DNA of 64,000 bases, taken from NCBI GenBank assembly GCA_963695345.1, contig OY968769.1, positions 1,760,001 to 1,824,000 of the forward strand. Direction: 5' to 3'. Position numbers and translations under genes: made by a program. Numbering within the stretch: the stretch's first letter is position 1; every line of letters starts with the position of its first letter. This document shows, piece after piece, positions 1 through 10,145 of this stretch. Origin of the DNA: an uncultured Methanomassiliicoccales archaeon (GTDB lineage Archaea > Thermoplasmatota > Thermoplasmata > Methanomassiliicoccales > UBA472). The notes under the pieces are model-generated. The model did not search any database, had not been told where the DNA came from, and was given only the letters and a program-made list of their open reading frames with translations.

Positions 1-108
1 CTTGAATGCGGCTGCAAGGACGAATGGAAGATGTTGCTCCGGGTGGAGGACCTGATGGAGACCACGGTGGACCTCTCTCGGCACCTCGAGGACGAGATCC
101 GGCTCTGA
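1..108 (+). CDS. 3' end of an unidentified CDS (partial)
   Basis: Open frame 1 LECGCKDEWKMLLRVEDLMETTVDLSRHLEDEIRL* ending 17 nt before the next gene; codon usage like its neighbours. Confidence 0.5.
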   Translation, partial: LECGCKDEWKMLLRVEDLMETTVDLSRHLEDEIRL

Positions 109-125
109 GATTTCAAGGTGATCCA

Positions 126-446
126 ATGGATTATGATGTTAAGAAGGGACACGGAAAGGAACTTGAGGGCGACGGATTGAGGAGGATCGCCGAAGAGGTG
201 TTCGGAAGCGCGAAGGTCGAGGGCGACATGGTTGTGGCCAATTACGGCGCCATGACCCACCTGGAAGCCAAGTTAAAGGACAAGTCCACGATCACCCTCA
301 ACACCACAACCGACACGAAGGCAAGCGTGGAGCTAGCCGCGGACACGATAAAGCAGTATAACGTGTTCTTGGAGAAGGTCACCGGGTTCACATCAAAGGA
401 GAGGCGGACCCGATTGCAGAAGAAGGCAAAAGAAGGCAAGCTCTGA
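126..446 (+). CDS. Conserved archaeal hypothetical protein (DUF5611-like)
   Basis: MDYDVKKGH...YGAM...YNVFLEKVTGFTSKERR pattern; GGTGA SD before the ATG at 126. Confidence 0.7.
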   Translation: MDYDVKKGHGKELEGDGLRRIAEEVFGSAKVEGDMVVANYGAMTHLEAKLKDKSTITLNTTTDTKASVELAADTIKQYNVFLEKVTGFTSKERRTRLQKKAKEGKL

Positions 447-530
447 TTTCCTTATCAATCCGTCCTTCGGAAAATGGATGGAAAAAACGATGTCTGGCTG
501 GGGGTGTTTTTTCTTACCTCCGGCAGACCG

Positions 531-546
531 TATAACTTATATACCA
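531..546 (+). promoter_or_regulatory. Putative TATA box of the r-protein operon
   Basis: TATAACTTATATA AT-rich box about 210 nt upstream of rpl3 in a GC-rich genome. Confidence 0.55.
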
Positions 547-569
547 ATATCAGTATGCGAGAGGTGCTC

Positions 570-752
570 AACGCACTGAGGACGTTCGACCAGACCCCAT
601 GGGCAATGCACACGCAACCCTATACCCTTCCCAAGGCTAAGTTCTGGGGAAGCAAAACGGTGTCACGGTCGAAGGTGCTGACCTCAACACTCTTGAGAAC
701 AGGCGTTAGCAACTGAGAGTGTGCTCTCCAATCAACGTTGGGAGAGGGAATC
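570..752 (+). ncRNA. Structured 5' leader of the rpl3 operon (candidate ribosomal leader)
   Basis: Nested helices 577-581/682-686, 585-591/667-673, 627-632/647-652, 687-693/716-722, 724-729/741-746. Confidence 0.5.
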
Positions 753-1754
753 ATGCCAAACAGAAGACGTCCGAGACAAGGTTCGATGGCGTATTCGCCA
801 AGGAAAAGGGCTTCGAGACAGACGCCCAAGCTGGATGCCTGGCCCGAGATCAGCGAAGGCCCTAAGATACAGGGATTTGCTGGTTACAAGGCCGGAATGA
901 CCCACGCGTTCATAGTGGACTACAACAAGACCAGCACGACTGCGGGACAAGAGATCAGGATCCCGGTAACCGTGCTGGAAGTGCCGCCGATGAAGATCGC
1001 GGCAATAAGGGTCTACGAGAACACCCGGTATGGACTCAAGACCGCAGGAGAGGTCTGGGCCAGCGGAGTGGACGAGGTACTTTCCAGGCGCGTGCCGATA
1101 CCAAAGAAGTATGATGCTGACAAGGCTTGGGAGAAGCTGAAGACGGTGGATGTCGAGGATATCCGCGTCCTCGCCTATACCCAGCCGAAGATGGTGAAGG
1201 GAGTGCCCAAGAAGGTCCCGGAGCTCATGGAGCTCAGGATCGGCGGGGCGACGATGGACAAGAGGATGGAGTACGCCAAGGCCATCCTCGGCAAGGACAT
1301 CAACGTCACCGATTTCGCCAAGGAAGGCAACCTCATCGATGTCGCAGCGATCACCAAGGGAAAGGGTTTCCAGGGAGCCACCAAGAGATGGGGCATCAAG
1401 CTGCTGTCCCACAAGAACAGCAAGCACAGAAGGATGGTCGGTACCCTCGGTCCGAAGAGGCCCGGGTACGTCAGGAACACCGCCCCGCAGTCCGGTCAGA
1501 TGGGTTACCACCAGAGGACCGAGGTAAACAAGCTGGTACTGAAGATCGGAGCTACCGGAGAGGAGATCAACCCGAAGGGAGGGTTCATTCACTACGGAAC
1601 CATCGTCAACCAGTACGTTCTGATCCACGGATCCGTGCCCGGCCCGACCAAGAGGCTTGTGCGCCTGAGGGACCCGGTAAGGAACCACGGTGGCAACATG
1701 AAGGAAGCGCCCACCATAGTGTATGTATCTACTGAATCCAAGCAGGGGGCGTAA
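753..1754 (+). CDS. rpl3: 50S ribosomal protein uL3
   Basis: RPRQGSMAYSPRKRA, GFAGYKAGMTH, GQMGYHQRTE motifs. Confidence 0.98.
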   Translation: MPNRRRPRQGSMAYSPRKRASRQTPKLDAWPEISEGPKIQGFAGYKAGMTHAFIVDYNKTSTTAGQEIRIPVTVLEVPPMKIAAIRVYENTRYGLKTAGEVWASGVDEVLSRRVPIPKKYDADKAWEKLKTVDVEDIRVLAYTQPKMVKGVPKKVPELMELRIGGATMDKRMEYAKAILGKDINVTDFAKEGNLIDVAAITKGKGFQGATKRWGIKLLSHKNSKHRRMVGTLGPKRPGYVRNTAPQSGQMGYHQRTEVNKLVLKIGATGEEINPKGGFIHYGTIVNQYVLIHGSVPGPTKRLVRLRDPVRNHGGNMKEAPTIVYVSTESKQGA

Positions 1755-1757
1755 TCA

Positions 1758-2534
1758 ATGGCTGAAAAGAAGAGCGAAGTCAACGTTTATTCCATTAAGG
1801 GCGACGTCGTGAAGACGGTCGCACTGCCGCAGGTGTTCCAGACCCTGTACCGCCCTGACGTGATCAGGAAGGCAGTCGTCGCTGAGGAGGCGAACGGACG
1901 GCAACCTTACGGGTCCAAGCCGGGCGCCGGTACCAGGCACGCTGTCTCCACCTGGGGCAAAGGCCGTGGAGTCGCCAGGGTCCAGAGGCTTACATCGGGA
2001 GCGAAGGCCGCTGAATCGCCCAACAACGTGGGCGGCAGGAGGGCATTCCCCCCGATGGCAGACAAGGACTGGTCCCTGAAATGCAACCGGAAGGAGAGGA
2101 CGCTCGCAAGGTTCTCCGCCCTCGCCTGCACCGCTGACGCGGTACAGGTCAAGAAGCGCGGTCACCAGTTCGACGAGAATGTCACCCTGCCGGTCGTGGT
2201 AGAGGACAACATCGAGGCGTTGAAGACCACCTCCGAAGTGCTGCTGGCTCTCAGGAGCATGGGGCTAGAGGGAGACGTCATCAGGGCCAAGGAAGGCAAG
2301 AAGGTCAGGCCGGGCAAGGGCAAGATGAGAGGCAGGCGGTTCAAGGCGCCTCGCGGAATACTCATCGTTGTCGACGACCCGCAATCCGCGCTGTTCATCG
2401 GCGCCAAGAACCTGGCCGGAGTCGAGATCGCAACCGCTGAGAAGCTTAACCCGGGTCTACTGGCCCCAGGTGGCGACGCAGGAAGGCTGACGGTGTTCAC
2501 CGAGTCGGCCATAAAGAAAGTAGGAGCGTGGTGA
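1758..2534 (+). CDS. rpl4: 50S ribosomal protein uL4
   Basis: WGKGRGVARV, GKGKMRGRR, LAPGG motifs; operon order. Confidence 0.98.
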   Translation: MAEKKSEVNVYSIKGDVVKTVALPQVFQTLYRPDVIRKAVVAEEANGRQPYGSKPGAGTRHAVSTWGKGRGVARVQRLTSGAKAAESPNNVGGRRAFPPMADKDWSLKCNRKERTLARFSALACTADAVQVKKRGHQFDENVTLPVVVEDNIEALKTTSEVLLALRSMGLEGDVIRAKEGKKVRPGKGKMRGRRFKAPRGILIVVDDPQSALFIGAKNLAGVEIATAEKLNPGLLAPGGDAGRLTVFTESAIKKVGAW

Positions 2535-2536
2535 GA

Positions 2537-2821
2537 ATGGTCTCAAAGAGGGACGTTCTATTGCATCCGTTCGTCACAGAAAAGACGATGAACCACATGA
2601 CGGGCACCCCGACCCAGGACTTCAAGGACGGAAACAAGCTGGAGTTCATTGTGTTGAGGAGCGCCACGAAGGAGCAGCTAAAGACAGCGTTCGAGGAGCG
2701 CTTCGATGTCAAGGTATCGAAAGTATGGACCCGGGTAGCCCGCGATGGCAAGCACGCCATCTTCAAGCTGGCCGAGGGATACTCCGCTGAAGACATCGGA
2801 ATGAGGATCGGCGTGTTCTAA
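2537..2821 (+). CDS. rpl23: 50S ribosomal protein uL23
   Basis: PFVTEK...NKLEFIV...FDVKVSKV; operon order. Confidence 0.96.
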   Translation: MVSKRDVLLHPFVTEKTMNHMTGTPTQDFKDGNKLEFIVLRSATKEQLKTAFEERFDVKVSKVWTRVARDGKHAIFKLAEGYSAEDIGMRIGVF

Positions 2822-2832
2822 GGGGGGTTATC

Positions 2833-3537
2833 ATGGGTAAGAATTTAAGACAGCAAAGGAGAGGCCGCGGGGGATCAGTATACCGCTCACCGAGCCACAG
2901 GCACCTGGGCGTCATGAAGCACCCCCTGGCGGAGAAGAAGTCGGGCAAGGTAGTGGATCTCATTCACGCACCGGGCAAGACCTGCCCGGTGGCAAAGGTT
3001 GACTTCGGCGGCAACATCGAGATGATGATCGCCGCCGAGGGTATGATGGTGGGACAGAAGGTCATGGTGGACGGAACACCGGAGATCGTCTCCGGCAACA
3101 TCATGCCGCTGGCGAATGTCCCGGAAGGAACGCTGGTCTTCAACGTCGAAGGCCGGCCAGGCGACGGTGGAAAGTACATCAAGACGGCCGGAACATCGGG
3201 AACGGTCATCACCAAGGGCGAGAAGGTCTCCCTGCTGATGCCGTCCGGAGCGTTCCGCAGCTTTGACCCGCTGTGCAGGGCATCGATAGGGATCGTTGCC
3301 GGCGGCGGTGCAAAGGAGAAGCCATTCGCAACGGCCGGAAGGAAGTTCCACGCGTGGCGCAGCAAGTCCAAGGCTTACTTCAAGGTCAAGGGTATCGCGA
3401 TGAACCCAGTTGACCACCCGCACGGCGGTGGCGGTCACCCGCACGTCGGTAAGCCAAGCACTGTGTCGAGGAACGCACCTCCAGGAAGGAAGGTAGGACG
3501 CCTCTCGCCCCAGAAGAAGAAAAAGGAGAAGAGGTGA
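2833..3537 (+). CDS. rpl2: 50S ribosomal protein uL2
   Basis: MGKNLRQQRRGRG, AMNPVDHPHGGG, APPGRKVG. Confidence 0.98.
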   Translation: MGKNLRQQRRGRGGSVYRSPSHRHLGVMKHPLAEKKSGKVVDLIHAPGKTCPVAKVDFGGNIEMMIAAEGMMVGQKVMVDGTPEIVSGNIMPLANVPEGTLVFNVEGRPGDGGKYIKTAGTSGTVITKGEKVSLLMPSGAFRSFDPLCRASIGIVAGGGAKEKPFATAGRKFHAWRSKSKAYFKVKGIAMNPVDHPHGGGGHPHVGKPSTVSRNAPPGRKVGRLSPQKKKKEKR

Positions 3538-3542
3538 TCTGA

Positions 3543-4004
3543 ATGGCTGAAGAAAAGATGTCAGGTACCAAGTCCTCGAGAAGGAAGCTTAGGAAGAAGA
3601 AGGGAGTCCTCCAGGCAAAGCGGAAGAAGGAGTTCACCTACCGCGGCTTTACCATGGAGCAGCTTCTCGAGATGCCGTTCGAAGAGGTCCTCGACCTAAT
3701 GCCCTCCCGGATAAGGAGGAGCTTCGTCAGGGGCTTCAACGACGAGCAGAAGACCGCCTTCGAGAAGATCAAGGCGAGCGAGGGAGAAGCCGTCCGGACC
3801 CACCGGAGGGACATACCAATCGTTCCCGCGATGGTCGGCAAGAAAGTGGCAATTCACAACGGAAAGGAGTTCAAGGAAGTGGAGCTCAGGGCCGAGATGA
3901 TCGGGCACTTCCTGGGAGAGTTTGCTCTGACCCGCAAGATCGTCAAGCATTCTGGACCAGGTGTCGGTGCGACCAGATCGTCGAAGTTCATGCCGCTGAA
4001 GTAA
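3543..4004 (+). CDS. rps19: 30S ribosomal protein uS19
   Basis: FTYRG, RTHRRD, MIGHFLGEF, GATRSSKFMPLK. Confidence 0.98.
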   Translation: MAEEKMSGTKSSRRKLRKKKGVLQAKRKKEFTYRGFTMEQLLEMPFEEVLDLMPSRIRRSFVRGFNDEQKTAFEKIKASEGEAVRTHRRDIPIVPAMVGKKVAIHNGKEFKEVELRAEMIGHFLGEFALTRKIVKHSGPGVGATRSSKFMPLK

Positions 4005-4013
4005 GGTGAGAAC

Positions 4014-4460
4014 ATGGCTGGATACACACAAAGTACAGACCCGGACACTACCGCCCGAGCAATCGGGAAGGAGAATCCCATTTCACCTAAGTTCTCCCGT
4101 GAGATCGCCAGGATGATAAGGGGAAAGAAAGTCACCGTCGCGTTGAAGATGCTGGAGGAGGTCGCCGAGCTGAAGAGGCCGGTCCCGATCCGCCGCTACG
4201 ACACAGGTGTCGCGCACAAGCCCGGGGTAGGACCCGGACGATACCCGCAGAAGGCGGCGAAGGCCTTCATCGAGGCCATCGAGAGCGCGAAGCACAACGC
4301 CGAGTACAAGGGCCTCGACGCCGAGAACATGAGGCTTAAGGTCATAGCCACCCACCTCGGACGCACCCAGAAGGGACAGATGCAGAGGGCCTACGGCAGA
4401 GCCACCCAGTGGAACCAACAGACCGTGAACATCGAAGTCATCCTTGAGGAGATGGAGTAA
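4014..4460 (+). CDS. rpl22: 50S ribosomal protein uL22
   Basis: GRYPQKAA, NAEYKGLD, RAYGRA. Confidence 0.98.
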   Translation: MAGYTQSTDPDTTARAIGKENPISPKFSREIARMIRGKKVTVALKMLEEVAELKRPVPIRRYDTGVAHKPGVGPGRYPQKAAKAFIEAIESAKHNAEYKGLDAENMRLKVIATHLGRTQKGQMQRAYGRATQWNQQTVNIEVILEEME

Positions 4461-5198
4461 ATGGCAAGCGAGAGGAAGTTCGTCGCGGAGAACATCAGGA
4501 GGACCCTGCTGAGGGAATACCTGATGAAGACCGTAGACCGGGCAGGCTTCGGCGGCGTTGACGTCCAAAGGACCCCAATGGGCACCAGGGTGACGCTGAT
4601 AACCGAGAGGCCAGGAATCGTAATCGGACGCCGCGGCGCAGCGATCAAGACGCTGACCAAGGCGATCGAGGACAATTTCAAGTACGACAACCCCCAGATC
4701 GAGGTCCAGGAAGTTGAGGAGCCGAACCTCAACGCGCAGATCATGGCCGAGAAATTGGCCTTTGCGCTTGAGAGGGGATGGCACTTCAGGCGCGCAGGGC
4801 ATTCCACCGTCCGCAGGATAATGGACTCTGGCGCCAGAGGATGCCTCATCATCATCTCCGGAAAACTGACCGGGGAGAGGCACAGGACCGAGAAGTTCAA
4901 AGAAGGCTACATCAAATACTGCGGTGAGACCCGAAACCTGTTCATCAGGCAAGGATTCGCCGTGGCCAAGCTGAAGCCCGGAGTAATCGGGGTCAAGGTA
5001 GAGATCATGGACCCGAACGCCAGGCTGCCGGCCGAGATAAGCGTTAAAACGATGGAAGAGGCAATGGCGGCGATCCCTGAGATGGCCGCTCTGCTGGCCC
5101 ATCAGGACGACATCCCGGACGCAATAGCTTCCGCCGCTGACAGGGCCATAATGGACGCCTCCAGGGAGCCCGCCGAGGGCGACAACAAGGAGGCGTAG
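4461..5198 (+). CDS. rps3: 30S ribosomal protein uS3
   Basis: RPGIVIGRRG KH motif, GWHFRRAG, SGKLTGER. Confidence 0.98.
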   Translation: MASERKFVAENIRRTLLREYLMKTVDRAGFGGVDVQRTPMGTRVTLITERPGIVIGRRGAAIKTLTKAIEDNFKYDNPQIEVQEVEEPNLNAQIMAEKLAFALERGWHFRRAGHSTVRRIMDSGARGCLIIISGKLTGERHRTEKFKEGYIKYCGETRNLFIRQGFAVAKLKPGVIGVKVEIMDPNARLPAEISVKTMEEAMAAIPEMAALLAHQDDIPDAIASAADRAIMDASREPAEGDNKEA

Positions 5199-5203
5199 AC
5201 GAA

Positions 5204-5405
5204 ATGGCGCTGATCAAAGTCAAGGAGATCAAAGTCCATGAGCCTGAACGACCGCGGCGCGAAGCTCCGCGAGTTGCAGGACGAGCTCATGCACGAGAGG
5301 GGCACGGCAGCGATGGGCGGTGCTCCTGCCAACCCTGGCAGGATTAGGGCGATTAGGACCAACATAGCCAGGATACTCACCGTCCAGCAGGAGGAAGAGA
5401 AGTAA
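5204..5405 (+). CDS. rpl29: 50S ribosomal protein uL29 (one frameshift near 5232; missing from the ORF track)
   Basis: Reassembled [13 protein letters not shown]...[13 protein letters not shown]...[17 protein letters not shown]. Confidence 0.93.
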
Positions 5406-5704
5406 TGGCTGAAATTTGCTCCGTATGTGGGCTCCCAAAAGAACTGTGCATGTGCGAGGAGATCGCACGTGAGCAGCAAACGGTGAAGATATACACCGAC
5501 AGCAGGCGATACGGAAAGATCGTCACGGTCATCGATGGTATCGACGATAACGACATCGACATCAACGATCTGGCCAAGAAGTTGAAAAACAAATGCGCTG
5601 CCGGCGGCACCGCAAAGGACGGTAAGATCGAACTGCAGGGAGACCACAAGAAGAAGGTCAAAGAGGCCCTGGAAAGCATGGGCTTCAAGACCGAGGTCAG
5701 ATGA
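5405..5704 (+). CDS. sui1: Translation initiation factor aIF1 (SUI1)
   Basis: [26 protein letters not shown]. Confidence 0.96.
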   Translation: MAEICSVCGLPKELCMCEEIAREQQTVKIYTDSRRYGKIVTVIDGIDDNDIDINDLAKKLKNKCAAGGTAKDGKIELQGDHKKKVKEALESMGFKTEVR

Positions 5705-5711
5705 GCGTTCC

Positions 5712-5972
5712 ATGGATAAAAGGGATTTCATGAAACAGGAATTCATCGGTCTGGAAGTTGAGGTCGTCTCGACGGCGCATCCTGGTTACAGGATGCGCGG
5801 CGTCGTGGTCGACGAGAGCAAGAACACGCTCTCCATCGAGCATGACGGAAAGGCGAGGACGGTCCCCAAGAAGGGCAACGGATTCCAGTTCACATACGGA
5901 AGCGAAAAGATCACAGTAATGGGATCAGAGATTCAGCACCGACCGGAAGATCGGATCAAGAAAACGAGGTGA
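5712..5972 (+). CDS. rnp1: Ribonuclease P protein component 1 (Rpp29/Pop4)
   Basis: EFIGLEVEV, GVVVDESKNTL, RPEDRIKK; canonical position. Confidence 0.93.
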   Translation: MDKRDFMKQEFIGLEVEVVSTAHPGYRMRGVVVDESKNTLSIEHDGKARTVPKKGNGFQFTYGSEKITVMGSEIQHRPEDRIKKTR

Positions 5973-5977
5973 ATCTT

Positions 5978-6307
5978 ATGAATGGTGAGGTTAAAGATAT
6001 CGGCATTGATGTTAAGGCCCCGACGGCCACCTGCGACGACAAGAACTGCCCCTTCCACGGCGAATTGCCAGTGAGGGGACAGATCATCGACGGGACGGTA
6101 ATCTCCGTCAAGATGAACAAGTCCGCAGTGGTCGAGAGGAAATACTTGAAGTATGACCAGAAGTACGAAAGGTACGCAAAGAGGACCAGCCACTACACGG
6201 TCCACAACCCGGCCTGCCTAGGCGTAAAGCCAGGCGACCAGGTGCGGATCGCGGAGTGCAGGCCGCTCAGCAAGACAGTATCGTTCGTGATCATCGAGAA
6301 GAGGTGA
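5978..6307 (+). CDS. rps17: 30S ribosomal protein uS17
   Basis: [23 protein letters not shown]. Confidence 0.98.
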   Translation: MNGEVKDIGIDVKAPTATCDDKNCPFHGELPVRGQIIDGTVISVKMNKSAVVERKYLKYDQKYERYAKRTSHYTVHNPACLGVKPGDQVRIAECRPLSKTVSFVIIEKR

Positions 6308-6312
6308 ATGAC

Positions 6313-6711
6313 ATGAAGGGAATAGCAGGCAACCAGACCAGGGGAGTATGCACCGGCACGATCCTCTCTGTCATTGACAACACCGGCGCGAAGACCATAT
6401 CGGTCATTGCGGTCCCGGGATACCACGGCGTGGTAAGGCGCTACCCGTCCGCAGGCGTCGGCGACATCGTCGTCGCCTCGGTCAAGAAGGGAACGCCGGA
6501 GATGAGGCGGCAGGTCATATACGCGGTCATCGTCCGCCAGAGGCGCCCGTTCAGGCGCGCTGACGGGACATGGGTCCAGTTCGAGGACAACGCAGCGGTC
6601 ATTACTACAGAGGAAGGAGAGACCAAGGGCAGCGACATAAAGGGCGCAGTCGCCAGGGAGGCCGCCGAGAGGTGGCCCCGTATCGCAGCCACGGCCTCGA
6701 CGATTATCTGA
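6313..6711 (+). CDS. rpl14: 50S ribosomal protein uL14
   Basis: [22 protein letters not shown]. Confidence 0.98.
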   Translation: MKGIAGNQTRGVCTGTILSVIDNTGAKTISVIAVPGYHGVVRRYPSAGVGDIVVASVKKGTPEMRRQVIYAVIVRQRRPFRRADGTWVQFEDNAAVITTEEGETKGSDIKGAVAREAAERWPRIAATASTII

Positions 6712-6720
6712 GGTGAGAGA

Positions 6721-7095
6721 ATGGAAAAGAGCAAACAAGCAAGGAAGCAGAGGAAGGCCCTGTACAACGCCCCGACGCACGTCAAGGGGAAGACGGTCTC
6801 TTCACACCTCAGCACGGAGCTGGCCGAAGATGTCGGCAGGCGCTCGGTTAGGGTCGTCAAGGGCGACACCGTTAAGATCGTCCGCGGCGACGCGGCGATC
6901 CTGGGGCTGGAAGGGAAGGTCACTGAAGTGAAGACCGAGACCGGCCGGATCATAATCGAAGGCGTCACCGTCAAGAAGGCCGACGCCAAGATGGAGAGCC
7001 GCTCGGTCCACGCGTCCAACTGCGTGGTCACCAAGCTGGAACTCAAAGACCAGTGGAGAAAGGACAAGCTCCAGAAGAAGGAGGCATCCTCATGA
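6721..7095 (+). CDS. rpl24: 50S ribosomal protein uL24
   Basis: RKQRKALYNAPTH, KGDTVKIVRG KOW motif. Confidence 0.97.
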   Translation: MEKSKQARKQRKALYNAPTHVKGKTVSSHLSTELAEDVGRRSVRVVKGDTVKIVRGDAAILGLEGKVTEVKTETGRIIIEGVTVKKADAKMESRSVHASNCVVTKLELKDQWRKDKLQKKEASS

Positions 7096-7802
7096 GCAAC
7101 GATATGAAGAGACTGACCGCTCCCCGGAGCTGGCCAGTACCAAGAAAGTCCCATGTGTGGATCACAAGCCCAAGCCCGGGACCGCACTCGATCGAGGTCA
7201 GCATGCCGATCATGGTCATCATCCGTGACATGCTCCACCTGTGCGACACCGCGGCGGAAGGCGTCAAGCTGCTGCACGCCCGCGAGATCAAGGTCGACGG
7301 ACGCGTGGTCACCAACCACCGTTTCCCGGTCGGACTGATGGACGTAGTGTCCATCCAGAAGCTCGGACAGAACTACCGGATGGTCCTCGATGAGAACGAC
7401 AAGATGCGCCTGGTCACGATCCCCAGCGGGAAAGAGGCCTGGAAGCTGTGCCGCGTCGAGAACAAGACCACCCTGCCGGGCGGAAAGACCCAGCTGAACC
7501 TGCACGACGGACGCAACATCATCGTGGCCAAGGACGGCTGGAAGTCCGGAGATGTGCTAAAGCTAGAGGTCCCATCCCAGAAGATCCTGGAGACCTACAA
7601 GCTGGCCAAGGGCAACATGGTCCTCGTGATCGCCGGTGCCCACGCCGGTCGGCTGGAGGCCATCGAGGAGTACATCATCACCCGCTCATCCGCCCCGAAC
7701 CTGGTCAAGTTCAAGGACGGGACGACCACGGTGAAGAACAACGTCTTCGTCGTCGGCGCCAAGGTGCCGGAGATATCCCTGCCGGAGGCCAGCGCACTAT
7801 GA
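7092..7802 (+). CDS. rps4e: 30S ribosomal protein eS4
   Basis: [27 protein letters not shown]. Confidence 0.97.
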   Translation: MSNDMKRLTAPRSWPVPRKSHVWITSPSPGPHSIEVSMPIMVIIRDMLHLCDTAAEGVKLLHAREIKVDGRVVTNHRFPVGLMDVVSIQKLGQNYRMVLDENDKMRLVTIPSGKEAWKLCRVENKTTLPGGKTQLNLHDGRNIIVAKDGWKSGDVLKLEVPSQKILETYKLAKGNMVLVIAGAHAGRLEAIEEYIITRSSAPNLVKFKDGTTTVKNNVFVVGAKVPEISLPEASAL

Positions 7803-8322
7803 GCGACGAGAAGAACGTCATGCGCGAACCGCGCATCGAGAAGATCGTCGTCAACATCGGCGTCGGCGAGGCCGGCGAGCGTCTCCAGAAGGCCGAGAAG
7901 GTCCTGGAGATGGTCACCAAGCAGAAGCCGAAGACCACCTTCGCCAAGGTCACCAACAGGGACCTGGGCGTTCGTGAGGGCATGCCGATCGGATGCAAGG
8001 TCACCCTGCGCGGAGAGACTGGCGGAGGATTTCCTGAACAGGGCGCTCACCATCCGTGAGAGGCGGGTTGCCACGCTACTCCTTCGACCAGGAGGGCAAC
8101 CTGTCCTTCGGTATCAGCGATTACACCGACTTCGCAGGGATGAGATACGACCCAGAGATAGGCATCTTCGGTATGGACGTCTGCGTGTCGATCCAGAGGC
8201 CCGGAAGGCGGATCACCCGGCGCCGTATCATGAAGAAGAAGCTGCCCAAGGAGCACCGGATGACCAGGGACGAAGCGGTCAATTTCATGAAAGAGAAATA
8301 CAACGTGGATGTGGTCGAGTGA
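7799..8322 (+). CDS. rpl5: 50S ribosomal protein uL5 (frameshifts near 8017 and 8073)
   Basis: [46 protein letters not shown]. Confidence 0.95.
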
Positions 8323-8468
8323 CGAAGCCAAAGAAAGTGTTCGGCAGGACAGTAGGCTGCACGCGCTGCGGAAGGAAGCGTGGAATAGTGAGGAGGTACG
8401 GCATGCACCTGTGCAGGCAGTGCTTCCGTGAAGTCGCGCCGCAGATCGGGTTTAAGAAGTACTCGTGA
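8319..8468 (+). CDS. rps14: 30S ribosomal protein uS14 (zinc type)
   Basis: CTRCG...[14 protein letters not shown]...GFKKY; GTG start overlapping the rpl5 stop. Confidence 0.96.
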   Translation: MTKPKKVFGRTVGCTRCGRKRGIVRRYGMHLCRQCFREVAPQIGFKKYS

Positions 8469-8477
8469 GGTGAGAAG

Positions 8478-8868
8478 ATGCAGAACGACCCATTAAATGA
8501 TGCAATGTCAACAATAAAGAATGCGGCGACAGTGGGAAAGAGCGAGTGCCAGATAAAGCCATCCTCTAAGCTCATCGGCCGCGTGCTCAAGGTCATGCAA
8601 GAAAACGGCTACATCAACCAGTTCGAGTTCGTCGAAGATGGTAAGGCCGGTGTCTTCAAGGTCAAGATGCAGGGAAAGATCAACAACTGCGGAGTCATCA
8701 AGCCGCGCTACTCGGTCAAGAAGGTCGACCTCGAGACAGTTCGAGGCCCGTTTCCTCCCGGCCCAGGACTTCGGCGTGTTGATCGTCTCGACCACCGAGG
8801 GCGTAATCAGCCACGTGAAAGCAAAGGAATTGGGCGTCGGCGGCAAGCTGCTGGCGTTCGTGTACTGA
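8478..8868 (+). CDS. rps8: 30S ribosomal protein uS8 (frameshift near 8736)
   Basis: [35 protein letters not shown]. Confidence 0.96.
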
Positions 8869-8878
8869 GGGAAAAGAG

Positions 8879-9432
8879 ATGACGGTAAGCGGATACATCG
8901 AGGAAAAGATCGAGATTCCCAAGGACGTGAAGGCATCCCTGGATAACGGGATCGTCACGCTCAAGGGGAAGAACGGTCAGCTGTCAAGGAACTTCTCCCA
9001 CCCCAAGGTCAAGTTGGCCATCGCCGACAACCACGTCGATCGTCGAGCAGCGAGATGCCGAAGGTGCGCGAGAAGGCCATCGTCGGTACCTACGCAGCTC
9101 ACGTCAGGAACATGATCGTCGGAGTCACCATCGGGTACGAGTACAAGATGAAGATCGTCTACTCTCACTTCCCCATCAAGGCGGCAGTGAAGGGAAACAA
9201 GTTCTCCATCGAGAACTTCCTCGGGGAGAAGGCTGCCCGCAGCGCGAACATCATCGGAGAGACCAAGGTCAAGGTCGCGGGCAGCGGAAGTACGTGCTCA
9301 CCGGCGCTGACCTGGAGACAGGTCTCCCAGACCGCCGCGAACATCGAGCGGGCCACCAAGATCAGGGGATTCGACCCCAGGGTCTTCCAGGATGGTATAT
9401 ACATCACGGAGAAGGCAGGGAGGTCTATCTAA
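8879..9432 (+). CDS. rpl6: 50S ribosomal protein uL6 (frameshifts near 9040 and around 9290-9320)
   Basis: [25 protein letters not shown]. Confidence 0.96.
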
Positions 9433-10130
9433 TGGCCAAGAACAAGAAGGAAATCAAGGAACTGGCGGACCTGCCGTACTACCGCGAGGAGTACACCGCT
9501 CAGCTGGCGAAGATGGACATCAACGACTCTGCCCGAGCTGCTGGCGGCGCTGAAGGAGAACAAGAAGAAGCAGAAGATCATCGATGACCTTGATGGCGTC
9601 GGCGTCAAGATCGCCGACCACTGGATCGAGGTCATGGAACCGGAAGAGTCCACCGCGTTGGCCACCAAGGAGTCCAAGACCGAGATCATCGAGGAAGCCG
9701 AGGCCGAGGTCGTGGAGAAGGGCGAATACGTCGCCAAGATCAAGCCCGTTCTCTCCGCCGAGGTCAAGGCCATGCTCGAGAAGCGCGCAGAGATATCTGG
9801 GCGCAGGCCGGAGTTCCTCCGTCAGGAGTGGTTCCGGTACGCCAAGCTCGGGCAAGAAGTGGAGAAAGCCGCAGGGGAATGCACTCGAAGATGAGAAGGC
9901 ACTACAAGTACAGGCCGACCATCGTCTCGATCGGATTCCGCGGACCGGCATTGGTCCGTGGTCTGGCATCCTCCGGATTCCAAGAGGTATTGGTATACAA
10001 CCCGTCGAACCTCGACATAATCGACCCGAAGACCCAGGCGGCCAAGATCGGCGGCACCGTCGGCGGGAAGAAGAGGGCGGCAATCATAGAGAAGGCGGAC
10101 CAGCTGAAGATCCGCGTATTGAACAGGTAA
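9432..10130 (+). CDS. rpl32e: 50S ribosomal protein eL32 with long N-terminal HhH-like/acidic extension (frameshifted)
   Basis: C-terminal RPEFLRQEW...WRKP.GMHSKMRRH...VSIGFRGP...IRVLN; N-terminal LDGVGVKIA. Confidence 0.93.
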
Positions 10131-10145
10131 TTTGGAAGTGAAGAT

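Noticed and set aside
459-529. Two hairpins after the DUF5611-like gene as an ncRNA
   Set aside because: Short, imperfect stems with a T-rich loop; more simply a terminator region, too weak to call.
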